A DNA stretch of 45,335 nt from Toensbergia leucococca (lineage: Eukaryota): the NCBI GenBank assembly GCA_022813965.1, contig JALDZS010000186.1:1-45335 (forward strand), given 5' to 3'. Below, piece after piece: positions 10,766 to 22,799 of the stretch. The notes beneath the pieces are model-generated. The model saw only the letters and a program-made list of their open reading frames with translations. It had not been told where the DNA came from and did not search any database. Both the position numbers and the translations under genes were made by a program. Position 1 is the stretch's first letter. Every line of letters starts with the position of its first letter.

Positions 10766-12597
10766 GAGAGACAGGAAGCTCTTGCGTACCAGGGAAACAT
10801 GAGATGAAGGAGCGAGGAGTATCAAGTTTTGATTAAGTGTGCATGTGGAGTCATCTGAGTCGGAGGAATTGATAAAACAACATCTTGAGGGTGCCTAGGT
10901 CAGAGCTTTGTACTTTAAGTGAGCACCAACTCGGTCATCTCCAATAGAAATCGAGGACTTTGACTGAATCTGTTGATATGGCTCGTCAGGAAGTGAGTGT
11001 TTGGGTTTTGTTCAGTGCTTGATGCTTACCACCACAAAAGCACTCCCTCTAGGTGGGCTCGATGATTGAAATTTCACCCGAGGCGAGGAAAGAGTATCTC
11101 TCTTTGAAGCACTCAAATGAGCAAAACTTCATCTAGCTGTGCATGCCTCATACGTGATAGGTAGGTCTACTCTTCCTCTTCCTCGCACCAATAACTTCAG
11201 CTCCCTAGAAAACGAAGGAAGCAGACACGTTGTAAAATAGTAAATAATAGATGCTTCTCTATTGTCATACCGACGTTAAACCGTAAGTGATACAACTTTC
11301 TTCGCTCTCGACCAATTGGCAGTTCAGTAGGTACGTATGCTTTTTTTTCTTCATCTTCACAACCGCCTATATTCTACGTAACAAACAGCAAAATGCAGAA
11401 AAGCTAGACATGCATCTTAAATGAAACTGACATGAAAGTGGTTCCTCTCGTCAAAGGGCTAGGTATAATTCGAGGAGCTACACTGACCTGTGGCACCGAG
11501 ATTGCTATGATGAAAGCCAAAGGAGAACCTTTCAAAGAAACGGCATAGCTTGACCTGTCACTGGATGCTTAAGCTTGAGCGGGTTGACGCTATGTGAAAA
11601 GGTCTGAAGATGGCTGTGTCAAAGGAAAAGAGCTGAGGTATTGTTAAGGTTCAGAAGTACGTGAACGAGGCTGGAAGATGAGCTTTATAATCGAACGCGA
11701 CTCAGATGTTATGAAGGAGAAAGCAGGTGATGAAAATGAAGGCCGAGATTCGTGAATGCGATCAAGATCAGGAAATGGGAAATGGGAAATGACGGGATTC
11801 TTCTGTTGTTGGCCAGGTCTCTTCTGACGGAACAGGCACTTCTTTTTGCTCGAATTGCGAACCAATGAACTTCGACGTCATCTATTCAGCGGGCGGTCAG
11901 GACCGGGATCGTAATGTTCAGATAGAGTTCCGATATAAGTCTCACTTCTGATTTGCGGACTTGATACATAGAGGGTGCTGGATCACGGATGAGGTGACAC
12001 GTGGGTGATTGATCCAAGCAGGAGTCATGTGCTTTCGTGCTTGCGAAGCGCCTCTCGCCTCCACTTCATCTCTCCTCTCTCGCGAGCCTGACACCACTGA
12101 GGTCGACTAAAGCTGAACGCTAGCCTCGATACAGACATGGCACCGGCAGTAGTGCGGTGGCGGAAAGCGGGACTTTTCCTGCTTGTTTGTCTGTTCCCGC
12201 CGTCAGCTTTGCTCTCTCCTCCTCCTCTCCTCTCTCCTCTCTCTACTCTACTCTCTTCGTTCGTCACCATCTTTCAGGCACAATACTTGATCTAGTCCAT
12301 CTGAACTTTATCATTTGTGAGTCAGACTCGACGGTATATGTCGTCGCATCGACCTCGTCTCTGGACGTACGGTAGCCACTTTCTGCCAGACTAGTCCATT
12401 TCATCTCCAGCTATCCTTCAAGACTTCTTCTTCTGCCTTGAATCCCCTGTCGATGAAGACAAGTTGAACCATCGCCTACTTGCGACTTCTCGAGTGCACT
12501 ATCAAGCAAAGAGGCTGCTGTTGAACACTACAATTCAATATCACTGGTCCTCTTGCACGATCACGTCTTCTCATCCTTGACATATTCGTCTTCGACC

Positions 12598-14076
12598 ATG
12601 GCTAAAATGTCAAATCACCTGGAAAGACTACCAACCGAGTTACTGTCCGCTATATTTAGAATGTTGACCAAAAGCCCTATCAAATCTGTCAGACTCGTTT
12701 CGAGAAGGTGCAATGCTATTGCCTCCGAGTATCTCATGCAGAGCATTACCTTTGCTTTTCGCCATGACACGCTAAAAGGTTTGGAGGCAATCAGTCAGCA
12801 CCCAATTTTCAGCAGGACGGTGCGAAACTTGGTCTATGACGTATCCATCTACGATGAAATGATTGCCGAAAGTAGAGAAGCATATCGGCAATGGCTTGTC
12901 ACCCTGCTAGAGAGTAAAAGGCCCTGGAGTCGGACCGCGGGCTCTTGGAGGACCGAGGACCGAGAACGAAGACTTCTCTATTGGCGAGGTGATAGCAAAA
13001 AGATGGAAACTATGATGATGATTCGCTGGATCCGGAAAGAAAAGCGCGACTTGAATCGCGGCTGGAATCTGTATCGTCGGTATTTTGTCGAGCAAGAGCA
13101 CATTCGAAACAACCGATCTTATATGCAGATACTGAAAAGTAGTCTTTCGCGCATGAAGAATCTGACCAATCTCAAATTTGTGGATACTTGGCCAACTTCA
13201 ACCAAGTATTCTGAAGTCTGGACGAAAGGCTATCAACGAGAGGATTGGCTGGAGTTTTGCCTTGATCCTCAGCCTCCTATGTGGGCAGAAGGGTATTCTG
13301 TCGGCATATCCGACGTATGTCAGGTCTGGAGAGAGTCTGGCTTACCGCTGCAAACCATCAGTGCTAGAGGTGGTGAAGCTGCCTTTGAGATACTTTTTCT
13401 TGATGGTAGTGATATTCTACCAAATGGACTCCATCGAGTCAAAGAGCTCGAATTAGTACTTGTAACACCACGAGATTATCCCAATGTTCCAGTTCACGGA
13501 CATAATCCGACGGCCGACACTACGAATATTCTAGAATGCGGTGGGCTTACTCTATTTCAAGGCCTAAGACGACTGGATCTCCACTTTTCTAGATCTGGGG
13601 CAAGGGATATCGATACATACTTCGGTGCCCATGTTCCTCCAGGAAGAATGCTAAACCTATCCATTCGCTCTCAACTAAAAACACTCCGTCTAAGGAACTT
13701 TGACATGCATCTCCGCGAGCTAGAAAGGCTGATTCTGCATCTACGCAACACGCTCATCAGCTTGACTCTCGAGGAAGTAACGTTGATAAGCGGTAGCTGG
13801 ACCCATGCTCTTGATAGCTTAGGCACAATGAAGAAGCTGAAATCTGCTCGTTTGGTAGATATGTATGAGCATTTCAACAACGCCATTCAGACGTTGCGAT
13901 GGTACTCGCACGACGATCCGGCCTATCTGATTGAGAGGATCGAAAAATACGTCTTGCGAGGCGGCTTGAATCCTCTTACTAACGGTCGAATCTGGGGACG
14001 GAGGTACGGAAATGGAGCATTTGTTTTGAGGGGGCCAGGAGATATCCATGATCCAAGTTGGATCTGCCCCAGCTGA
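12598..14076 (+). CDS. F-box domain protein with LRR-like C-terminal region
   Basis: N-terminal LERLPTELLSAIFRML...IKSVRLVSRRCNAIA F-box, followed by LRRLDLHF, LKTLRLRNF and LISLTLEEV repeats. The first ATG is at 12598. Confidence 0.88.
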   Translation: MAKMSNHLERLPTELLSAIFRMLTKSPIKSVRLVSRRCNAIASEYLMQSITFAFRHDTLKGLEAISQHPIFSRTVRNLVYDVSIYDEMIAESREAYRQWLVTLLESKRPWSRTAGSWRTEDRERRLLYWRGDSKKMETMMMIRWIRKEKRDLNRGWNLYRRYFVEQEHIRNNRSYMQILKSSLSRMKNLTNLKFVDTWPTSTKYSEVWTKGYQREDWLEFCLDPQPPMWAEGYSVGISDVCQVWRESGLPLQTISARGGEAAFEILFLDGSDILPNGLHRVKELELVLVTPRDYPNVPVHGHNPTADTTNILECGGLTLFQGLRRLDLHFSRSGARDIDTYFGAHVPPGRMLNLSIRSQLKTLRLRNFDMHLRELERLILHLRNTLISLTLEEVTLISGSWTHALDSLGTMKKLKSARLVDMYEHFNNAIQTLRWYSHDDPAYLIERIEKYVLRGGLNPLTNGRIWGRRYGNGAFVLRGPGDIHDPSWICPS

Positions 14077-14779
14077 GTAATTTGGAAATGAAAAGGTGAA
14101 GCGTACAGATGGCTGCATTCTTTTGTATCTCAAATTATGTCAGGACGGAGACGTGAAGTGAATTTCGAGAAAGCTCCATAATCTACCGAGTACTTCGGAT
14201 ATTCCTTCAATGGGATCTGCCTATCGATACATTTCAGTCATTGCTATCACGGCCAAAGCGGTAGGTACCCACCCTTCCTTTCCCCTCTGCATCAAGAAGC
14301 TAATTTCTCAATAGCATTTTTCTTAGCGAGTTTGTCTGTGCCGCCTGAAACATATGAATCTTTCAATATCCTCCGAGCTACGCAAAGGATAAATATTCAC
14401 TTGCGATCACTCAATCGATCATGATGTTCACGCATTGACGCTTGTTAGCTAGCTTCTTTCAGCTACTATACACGTAGAGAGCCTGCAAAATCACCTACAC
14501 AGCTTACCTAACCAGTCAATCGTCCAACTCGTACTGAGACAAACTCAAACCTTTAATCTCTCATCTCAAAAAACTGCATCTCTCTCTTTTAGAGATAAAA
14601 AGCATCAGCAGCTTAACAACACTCACCTTCACATTCTCTCAGTCTTAGATTTTACTCTCTCTCTCATTTTCTTATTCTTGAATAGACATCATTGTTATCA
14701 ATATTTTAATAAAAAGAAGGCTCTTGTGTTATGTTTGAGTTAAAATGTGAGAAAACAAGAGTAAAAAGGGTTTCAATTA

Positions 14780-16518
14780 GGCTTATAATATCCCGACACC
14801 CCATTTTGATAATCCGATACCCCCTAACCCTTACCATTACCCAATTAGGCAATAGTGCGCCTCAAGCGCGATGTAGCATAGGGAATCATCATGATATCGC
14901 ACCACATTTGCACCCGATTTTCGACTTCTTTTGCATGCCATCTACCTCCTCAATTGCCATTTAGTAGCAAGCTTTACCTAGGGAATCTTCATGATTTTCT
15001 ACAGAGCGACGGCGGGGCTGAGGGCGGGGCTGAGGGCGGGGGTGAGAGCGGGGGCGAGGGATGGGGGGCAATATGAGGGCTGATGAGGTGAAGAAGGATC
15101 ACGCTATTCAAGTGAATGGTGGGCTATTTACAGCATTCAAGATGTAGAAAAACATCGCAAAACTGCGATATTTTCGCGCTTGAGGGGAATTGCTCAATAT
15201 TGTATACGTTCTAGATAGACTATACGCTTGGAAATTTTGAAAAGAAGTGAGTTGAACATAGCCGCTTCGCATCGTGGGCCTTGACAGGCTCAAAGCTCAC
15301 TGAATTACCTTTGCAGGGAACAAACTGAAGATACATTTATATCGCTGAGCCGCGCGAGTACGCAGCAGACCATTGACTTTGCAAGCTAAACGGTGTACAG
15401 GGAGATGAGGCAAACGGTAAGACGGCAAGACGTACTTGCCCTACTTCATTGCTGTATTCAGCAGTTGCGCCTCCTGAGTGGGACTAGCGCATTTTGCTTG
15501 AGTAAATACTGATTTCGCATCCCTCTATCTCTTTTGCTCTTCAACCTCTCATCCACCCCCAATAGTAAGTGTTCTCTCTGTTATTGCTCACGCTCTTGTG
15601 GCTCACACTCTTATGACTGACGCTCTTATTGCTCTCACTGGCTCACGTTGCCATTGCTCACACTTTTATTGCTCACACCGTTGTTGTTCTCACTACTATT
15701 GCCCCTACTACCATTGCTACATACCGTCACTTGATGCTCAAGCTAACCTCTCATAGAAGATCATGTCTGTATTCAGAAGAAATCATCGCCAAAGGGCAAG
15801 AAACTATCAAATATCATCCAATTCGGGGACACCCCTTCCCTCTCCCACCCATCCCCCCTCCCTCTCTCACGTCAACACCTCCCCCACTCCCACCTCCCCC
15901 GCTCTCACCTCCCTCAGTCATCGTAATGAGAGACCACAATTTACTTTATTGGACTCCACCGCAGGTGTGATGAGTATTCTCAGCCGGGACTGAAAAAGAG
16001 ACAAGCAAACTTCTACCCCGCCAAGCCAAAGAGCAATATCGAAAGCGAGAAATTTCTTTCAACCCCAAAAGAGCTTGGGTGATCGTGCGCCCAGGGAGTG
16101 AGGGGAATCAAGTCAGGATGTGGTACAAAAGCATGCTTTTTTCTCCTTGATAATTTGGCTTATAGATGGCAACGCATATAGAATGAAAATATGGGCTGTA
16201 TATCGGTAGAGAATGAATTGCTAATGTGGTGTCATGATGATCTCCCTATGAGTCTGGGGGGGGTGATCATGCGCCTGAGGGTGAGGGGAATCAACTCAGA
16301 ATCAGGTGCGGAACCATGATAATTCCCTAGGTAATCTGGCTTCTAGATGGCACGTGAATGAAACAAGTAAATGGCTTGCATGGTGGTTGAGAACCAGGTG
16401 CAAATGTGATGCGAAATGACGATGATTCCCCATGCGCCCAGGCCTCATAATTGCCTAATCGGGTAAGTTTAGGGGGGGTGTCGGGTTATCAAAATGGGGT
16501 GTCGGGATATTATAAGCC
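14780..16518. mobile_element. Non-autonomous PIF/Harbinger-like TIR element (copy 2), TTA target-site duplication
   Basis: TTA|GGCTTATAATATCCCGACACCCCATTTTGATAA...TTATCAAAATGGGGTGTCGGGATATTATAAGCC|TTA. The terminal IR is perfect for 33 bp and imperfect to about 220 bp, with ~180-bp subterminal repeats. No transposase ORF. Confidence 0.9.
15580..15720 (+). repeat. Degenerate ~15-bp tandem repeat (ATTGCTCACACTCTT-like)
   Basis: Repeated attgctcac/gctcacactctt units inside a putative intron at 15565-15756. Confidence 0.7.
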
Positions 16519-16989
16519 TTAAGTTATGAAGGAAGAAATTTGAAGAAAAGCTTAAATGGGGTTGATGAGCTTCAGTAAGGGAATAGATAAGGTGAGGTTA
16601 ATTATTGTATCTCTGACATGAAAAAAAAAACCAGGAATTTTAATCAAGAAAATATTAAAAGTGACTTGATGTGAGAGAGAGAGAGGGGGGAGATGAGAGA
16701 TTTATTTAGCTATTCAATCTACTCGTGCCGTACAAAGACAGACATCCTATCCTACACCTCAACCGCCCTCAGCCTCTTTCAAACATTGACAGATATTCAC
16801 AACCCTGACTCTACAACCCGGACCATTCTGTTATTCAATTTTCTAAACATCACATTTGTTGTTTCACCTCTATAAAGCCAAATCACGTTCAGAGTCCAAT
16901 CAACTGCTAGCATTGAATAAGCAAAATACTTCATATCAAAGTACCCAACACTGTATAGCAATCGTAAATCCCTAGAACTCGTCTGAATA

Positions 16990-18663
16990 TCAGCTTCCCA
17001 CAGAGGAGCATACTATCAATACCCTCAGTCCCTTTGAATCTCTTGGCCCATGAGGGGCCAGGAAGTCATGGGACTGATATACCATTTCCTCGGTCGTATC
17101 GTACAGCTGCATCTCCATCCGGCGGAAGAGGTTCCCAATAGTCAGATAGAGTTCCACCATCGAAAAGTTCATGCCCACGCAACTTCTCGAGCCGCGACCA
17201 AAGGGGACTAGAAAGTGTTCGAGGTTGGCTTTATTGATAGGATCGAGCCAGCGATCAGGCTGAAAGGTATTTGCGTTTTCGAAGATGGAATCGTTGAGAT
17301 GGATATCACGAATGGACATGCTGATGAGAGTTCCGGCAGGTATGGTCCAGGATTTCCAGTAGGTCGGCGCATGCGGGTTGATACGTGGCATACGTCCAGA
17401 CTCTCGATTCAGTCTTGTACCTTCTGTAATAATGGCCGTAAGATATGGAAGGTGTTGAAGTTGGTGGTACGAGAGAAATTCGTTCGAGGTACCATATGCC
17501 TCCCCAAGCTCTCGCTTCAATTTCTCGGCCTTTTGTGGGTCTGCGAGGAGATGAAACGTGATTATGCTCAAAATACTAGCCACTCCTTCAATACCAGCTC
17601 CAACCACGACTGCAGCTTCTTGAGCAAGGCGAGACACTGTCTTTTCGCTGGCGGGGAGACCAGAGTGGTATAACGCATCGAGGAGGGTTGGATTAGACTT
17701 TTGGGTGTAACTCGTGGATCCTGTTTCTGAAACCTGCCTCGCTTGTGCCCTATGATCCTTGTTTGGTTGAACATGTCAGTCTAATCACCTTGCTGTAAAA
17801 GAAAATCTGGAAATGCGCACACGGTTGAAATCCAACACAGATAGCCATGCAGCAGGATCAAATCTCTTAACAATCCAACGTGGTATGGCCAACAGGAGTG
17901 GTATGGCAAGATTGGTATGGCGATGCCATATGGCAATATGTGCCATTGTCCTAAACATGAGACTAAAAGTCGGAGCAAAGTCTGGAAGTTCAAGGAGCCT
18001 TCTCGATCGATGTAGCGAAAACTGGGTGATGGTTTCGGCAGCGAGACAACGATAAGCATGAGACAGATGTGCCGGGGTATTAGTGCCCTTGTATAGATCT
18101 AATTGGGTGATGAGGCTTTGGACACAAGCCTCAATAAGAGGTTGGGCGCGTAAGACTGCAGCCATAGAGAAAAGCCTCGACATTGGTTTTCGGCGGATGT
18201 GATGCGTTTGAGCGTTCCCAGTGGCGAAGGTGGAATCTGGGCATCCGACAAAGCGATAGTACCATGGATCTTTATCAAGCCTAGGGTTCATGCAATATAT
18301 CTCGTTGAAGAATTCAGGGTCTTGGATGTGGATCTCCCAGGGACTAATCCGTACGATTGGTCCTACGTAACTTGTTAGAAGATTATTATTCCTTGGGGCA
18401 ATCGACATACCGTATTTCTCGTGCATTTTCTCAATCTCATAGGTATATTTGCCAATCAACAGACAGTCAAAGTATGTTTCGTAACATCCCGTTGCTGCTG
18501 CCATGATAGGACCGGGAAAGTTTGCAAGAGGGCTTACCCAAAGACGATAAATAACAAGGCCGAGGGCGTAGAGAAAAGGTAGGCCCAGGATGAGGTAGGA
18601 AATATGTAGGGAAGATTGTAGTGAGAAGGAGCTCACGACGGACAGCACCTTGAGACTATACAT
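16990..18663 (-). CDS. Cytochrome P450 (trichodiene-oxygenase/CYP58-like group), 3 exons, about 520 aa
   Basis: Exons are 18663-18411, 18362-17821 and 17757-16990. It has a TM anchor, PLANFPGP, HEKYGPIVRISPWEIHI, EGTR (ExxR), PDRW and the heme motif FGRGSRSCVG. Confidence 0.93.
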
Positions 18664-19498
18664 AGTGGATAGTAGAGATGATAGGATTCGAGCTTGTTGG
18701 CTAGATCCAAGGAAGGAAACCGAGGAGATGAAAGACTGTGAAGCTTTGATCTGCTAATAGAAAAGTGACAGCGAGATGGAAAGAACATGTCAAGTGGTAA
18801 TGATATACCATGCCCATGATAGCATGAGGGCAAGCGTTGTGTTTACAGCATTTGATCCGCAGTCATTGATACACAGCGTTCAGTGGAGGTTGATGTCGTG
18901 TGGCGTGATAGAAGAGATGGATGTTGAGAAAAGGTTGGATGACGCGAGAATATATAATGATGATCCTCTTGAGTGAAGCCAGGTATAGGGTGAAGTCAGG
19001 TATAGAGTGAACAAGACCCTCTCGTGCCATCCAATTCCCGTTCTCCATATCTCATTCTCATCTACACAAGCAGACATGGAAAGTGAGACCGAATATAGCA
19101 CTAGCATGAACATGGTTAAGGGCAAAATGATATGAACCTTTCTAGAGATAACGTAGGATGGAGACAATTCCCTCTTGATTTTCATAAGCAGCATGATTAG
19201 GGGACTTAACTAGGATGGATGAGCAAATAGTCCAATAGTGCCTATGCAGATGGCAAGATACCATGTTCTTGCTGTATTGTCTCGGTGGACACGAGGGCTA
19301 GGCGGTACACATTGACCTCGACAAATTCATGAGATGGAGACTTGGTAGACCGAGTATCGATAGACAGAGTGTCGGGAGGCGGAGAGTACGACATAGTCAA
19401 AAGATGTGGTGAGGAGAACCTAAGTTGAGACTTTGAGGCATGTTGTCGTTGTCGGTGTCGTTGTCGTCGCCGTCATGGCTGTTCACTCGAGGCCCCTC

Positions 19499-19574
19499 GG
19501 CCGGGGGAAAAAATAAACCGCCGATGGCTTAGCGATTTCCCACCAACCAATCGGCGGTCAATTGTTCCCCGGCC
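19499..19574. promoter_or_regulatory. CGG-rich imperfect palindrome in the P450/epoxide hydrolase divergent promoter
   Basis: ggccgggggaaaaaataaaccgccgatgg compared with the reverse complement of the right arm, ggccggggaacaattgaccgccgattgg. The regulatory role is inferred. Confidence 0.5.
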
Positions 19575-19769
19575 TCGGCTAGATGGGAAGACGGGAAGGA
19601 GAAGAAGTTAATCTCACTAAGGTAAGGCGTAGGGAGCTCCTTTTACTCAATTAGGTCTAGAGCATCTCTATGATAAGGCTAATAAATAGGTAGCTTTGCT
19701 CCCCCACTCCCCCACCCCACTTCCAACCTCACCAATCACGACCTTCCCACCAGCACTACAGCTACAGCC

Positions 19770-21131
19770 ATGGCTTCCTCTACCGATCCCCCAGATCACG
19801 AACTCAACAAGCCCGTCCCCTACACTCTTCACCTTGATGAAAAACTCCTCAATCTCACCAACCAAAAACTCAAACTATCCCGCTTTCCCGAAGAGCAACT
19901 CGACCTCGCCGACGATGACTGGAGTCATGGAGCCAAAGTCAAGGAAGTCAAGAAACTCGCCGCTTACTGGGAAAATGGCTTTGATTGGAGGGCTGAGGAG
20001 GTACCTACCATGCCCACTTCCCCTTCCATGACACAGCCATATTCTCACACAATAGCTAATTTCACTCTCCTCCACCAACAGGCACGCATCAACGCCGAAT
20101 TCTCCCAATTCACCGTAAAAATCGACATTCCAGGCTACGGCCTCCAAACAATTCACTTCGCCCACCAACTCTCATCCCATTCCAATGCCATTCCCCTCCT
20201 CTTCGTCCAAGGCTGGCCAGGCTCCTTCCTCGAAGCCCGCAAACTAATCACCCCGCTAACAAACCCACCGACCACTACCCCACCAACCCAAGCCTTTAAT
20301 CTCATAGTCCCCTCCATCCCTGGCTTTGGCCCTGGCCCACCACCCTTGAATTCAGGCTTCGGTCCCGTCCTCTGTGCCCGCGCCTTCAAAATCCTCATGG
20401 TCGATGTCCTTGGCTACAACCACTTCCTAACCCAAGGCGGCGATTGGGGCGCCTTCATCACTCGTTCCATGACACTTCAATTCCCTCAACACGTCCGCGC
20501 CTGCCATTACAACTTCGTACCCTGCGGACCCCCACCCTGGTACAAAGCCCCGCTGAGCATGGGCCGCCTGATTCTCAATTCCTACCTCTACACACCCGTC
20601 GAGAAAAACTCGCTCAAAAACATGATGAAATACCGCAAATCAGGCGACGGCTACCTTCGACAACAAAGCACGAAGCCTCAATCCCTCGGCTTCGGTCTGG
20701 GTGACTCCCCCATCGGTCTCTTGGGCTGGCTACTCGAGAAATTCCACGAATGGACCGACAGCGCGAATTATGATATGCCTGCCGATGAGATTCTCACGTT
20801 TGTCATGATGCACTGGATGCAAGGCGCCACTCCCGGGTTGCGATTCTACAAAGCCGCCTTTGACACCTTTGACGCCAAAGGGGACAACGCCACCTTGGTG
20901 ACGACCAAAATGTTCACCGTCTACTGCACCACACCTACCGGCATCAGTCTCTTTCCCAAGGAAATCGCACTGCCGCCGCGCGATTGGGTGAACTGGGTTG
21001 CGAATGTGAAGTATTGGAAGGAACATGACAAGGGGGGCCATTTTGCGGCCGTAGAGTATCCGGAGGAGCTGGTAGCTGATTTGAGAGAGTGGTTTGGGAG
21101 TGAGGAGGTCAAGGTTGTTATGGCGGGGTAG
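19770..21131 (+). CDS. Microsomal-type epoxide hydrolase (EHN + alpha/beta hydrolase), intron 20001-20081
   Basis: YWENGFDWR, QGWPGSF, PSIPGFG, nucleophile QGGDWG, FPKE and GGHFAA motifs. The 81-bp intron is in frame (GTACCT..GCTAAT..CAG). Confidence 0.95.
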   Translation: MASSTDPPDHELNKPVPYTLHLDEKLLNLTNQKLKLSRFPEEQLDLADDDWSHGAKVKEVKKLAAYWENGFDWRAEEVPTMPTSPSMTQPYSHTIANFTLLHQQARINAEFSQFTVKIDIPGYGLQTIHFAHQLSSHSNAIPLLFVQGWPGSFLEARKLITPLTNPPTTTPPTQAFNLIVPSIPGFGPGPPPLNSGFGPVLCARAFKILMVDVLGYNHFLTQGGDWGAFITRSMTLQFPQHVRACHYNFVPCGPPPWYKAPLSMGRLILNSYLYTPVEKNSLKNMMKYRKSGDGYLRQQSTKPQSLGFGLGDSPIGLLGWLLEKFHEWTDSANYDMPADEILTFVMMHWMQGATPGLRFYKAAFDTFDAKGDNATLVTTKMFTVYCTTPTGISLFPKEIALPPRDWVNWVANVKYWKEHDKGGHFAAVEYPEELVADLREWFGSEEVKVVMAG

Positions 21132-22799
21132 GGGAGTTTTGGTGATCCAAAATTGATGACGTTTAAGCGGAATGTGGAACGGTATTTCGGCACTTCTCTA
21201 GAGGGCGTTGGTAACAGGGGCGCTTGCTTAGCTACAGACCTTGATGGGCTGGAAGGCTTTAGATCTACGACGAATATGAATCATGATTTCGGATGTCTGT
21301 TGAAGAGAGGGAGGGCGAAAAGCTAAAAAAAAAGCCACAGATCTTTTCCCCCGACGAGGGCATGCGTGAAATTTGAACTTCTGCTCCATCTCCTAGCAAC
21401 AGACGCAGCAAGTCCCCACCACCCTAAATCGTTTTCCCATGTCTCTAATAGGTACCCAAGACAAGCACAGCACACCATAACAAACAACCCCCCAAAAAAC
21501 CCTACGCATCTAGGACAAGCACCTCCACACAAGCACACGCACACGCGGACGCATCCTGGCACACTATCTCCTCCCTCTCTCTCTCTTTCTCCCTCACTTC
21601 CATCTCCAGCCCTTTCTCTGCCACCCCTAAACAAGAACTCACTCTCTCCAACACGCAAAAAAATTAGCCAAGCCCAACCCAGCCAAGCCTAACCCACCAG
21701 CCTGAACTCAGCCCAGCCCACCAGCCGACACCCGCACCCACACCCACAACCCCCAACCCTTCATATCAACCAGCAAAAAAGCCCACTCACACCCTCACCA
21801 TCAAACCCCCAAATCTCCCAAAAAAACAAAGATCCCAGAAAAAGAGGAACGAAAAAAAACAAAAAAAAAGGGTCCACACTACCAAGTCAATCAATCTTAA
21901 TGTCAATGGGGCGCGAGCTTCATGCCTGAATATGCGATTCGGTCTATGCGTATTTTGAAGAAAAGAAAATGGGATTTCTGGGGGGGGGATATGCCGTCAG
22001 CTGGAGGAGGGAGGAAGGGAGGGAGAGAGGCAGAGAGGGGGGATTGTGGGGCGTGGGGCGTAATTTGTCAGGATGAGGGAATAGAAGCGGCTTTCAATCT
22101 CTGAAAAGAGGATACGGGGTTAATTTTGCTGATTTTCTTCACCGCTGGGTGGAGGGTGTCGCATTAAATACTCATCCCTGCTCATATCTTCTCTTTTACT
22201 CTCTCACGAGCCCGCAATTCAGATATGACATCATGACTTCTTTCACATCCTGAAGATTTTATGAAGGGGTGGATTTGTCGAGGGGTTTGGAAAGAAAGAT
22301 AAGGGCTGAATGTTTAGTTTGGGGGCTAGGACGCGCGTGAGGGGAGATTATGTGCTGGAGTAGATGATCTGTTGATGGGGTTTTAGGCTGGGTTTTGGAG
22401 GTTTGGGGTTTTTCGGATGTTGTGGGTTTGTTCTGGGATGGATCCGTTTATAGCTGGGTGTGGTTTTCTAGAAATAAAAGGGTGAGATAGTTAAACAATT
22501 GGGATCGGAGTACAATAAGATACTTCATCTATCCCTTTCCCACACGGTTTGAAACGTTCATGAGCTTCACGAGCTTGCTTCGTGGTGAGGGATGTTACAA
22601 TGTAATAATGGTGAGATGGAAAACCCAATCGAGTGTTTAAAGTAGATCTGGCTTGATAGAGACGAGGTGAGTGAACAAGAAAGGTGGAGAAGATGGCAGT
22701 TGTATTTGGCCTATTGCTAATATGATCCCATTTCCCAGCGGATGCCTTTCTCGAACATAGCCTTGTCAAACGAGAGATCAATGACTTCCAATCTGCATG

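Noticed and set aside
15580..15720. CRISPR-like array
   Set aside because: This is a eukaryotic locus with degenerate tandem units, no unique spacers and no cas genes.
14530..16710. Older host element around TIR copy 2 (13-bp inverted match aatctctcatctc at ~14555 and ~16690)
   Set aside because: The match is short and low-complexity with no definable termini or TSD. Nesting is possible but unsupported.
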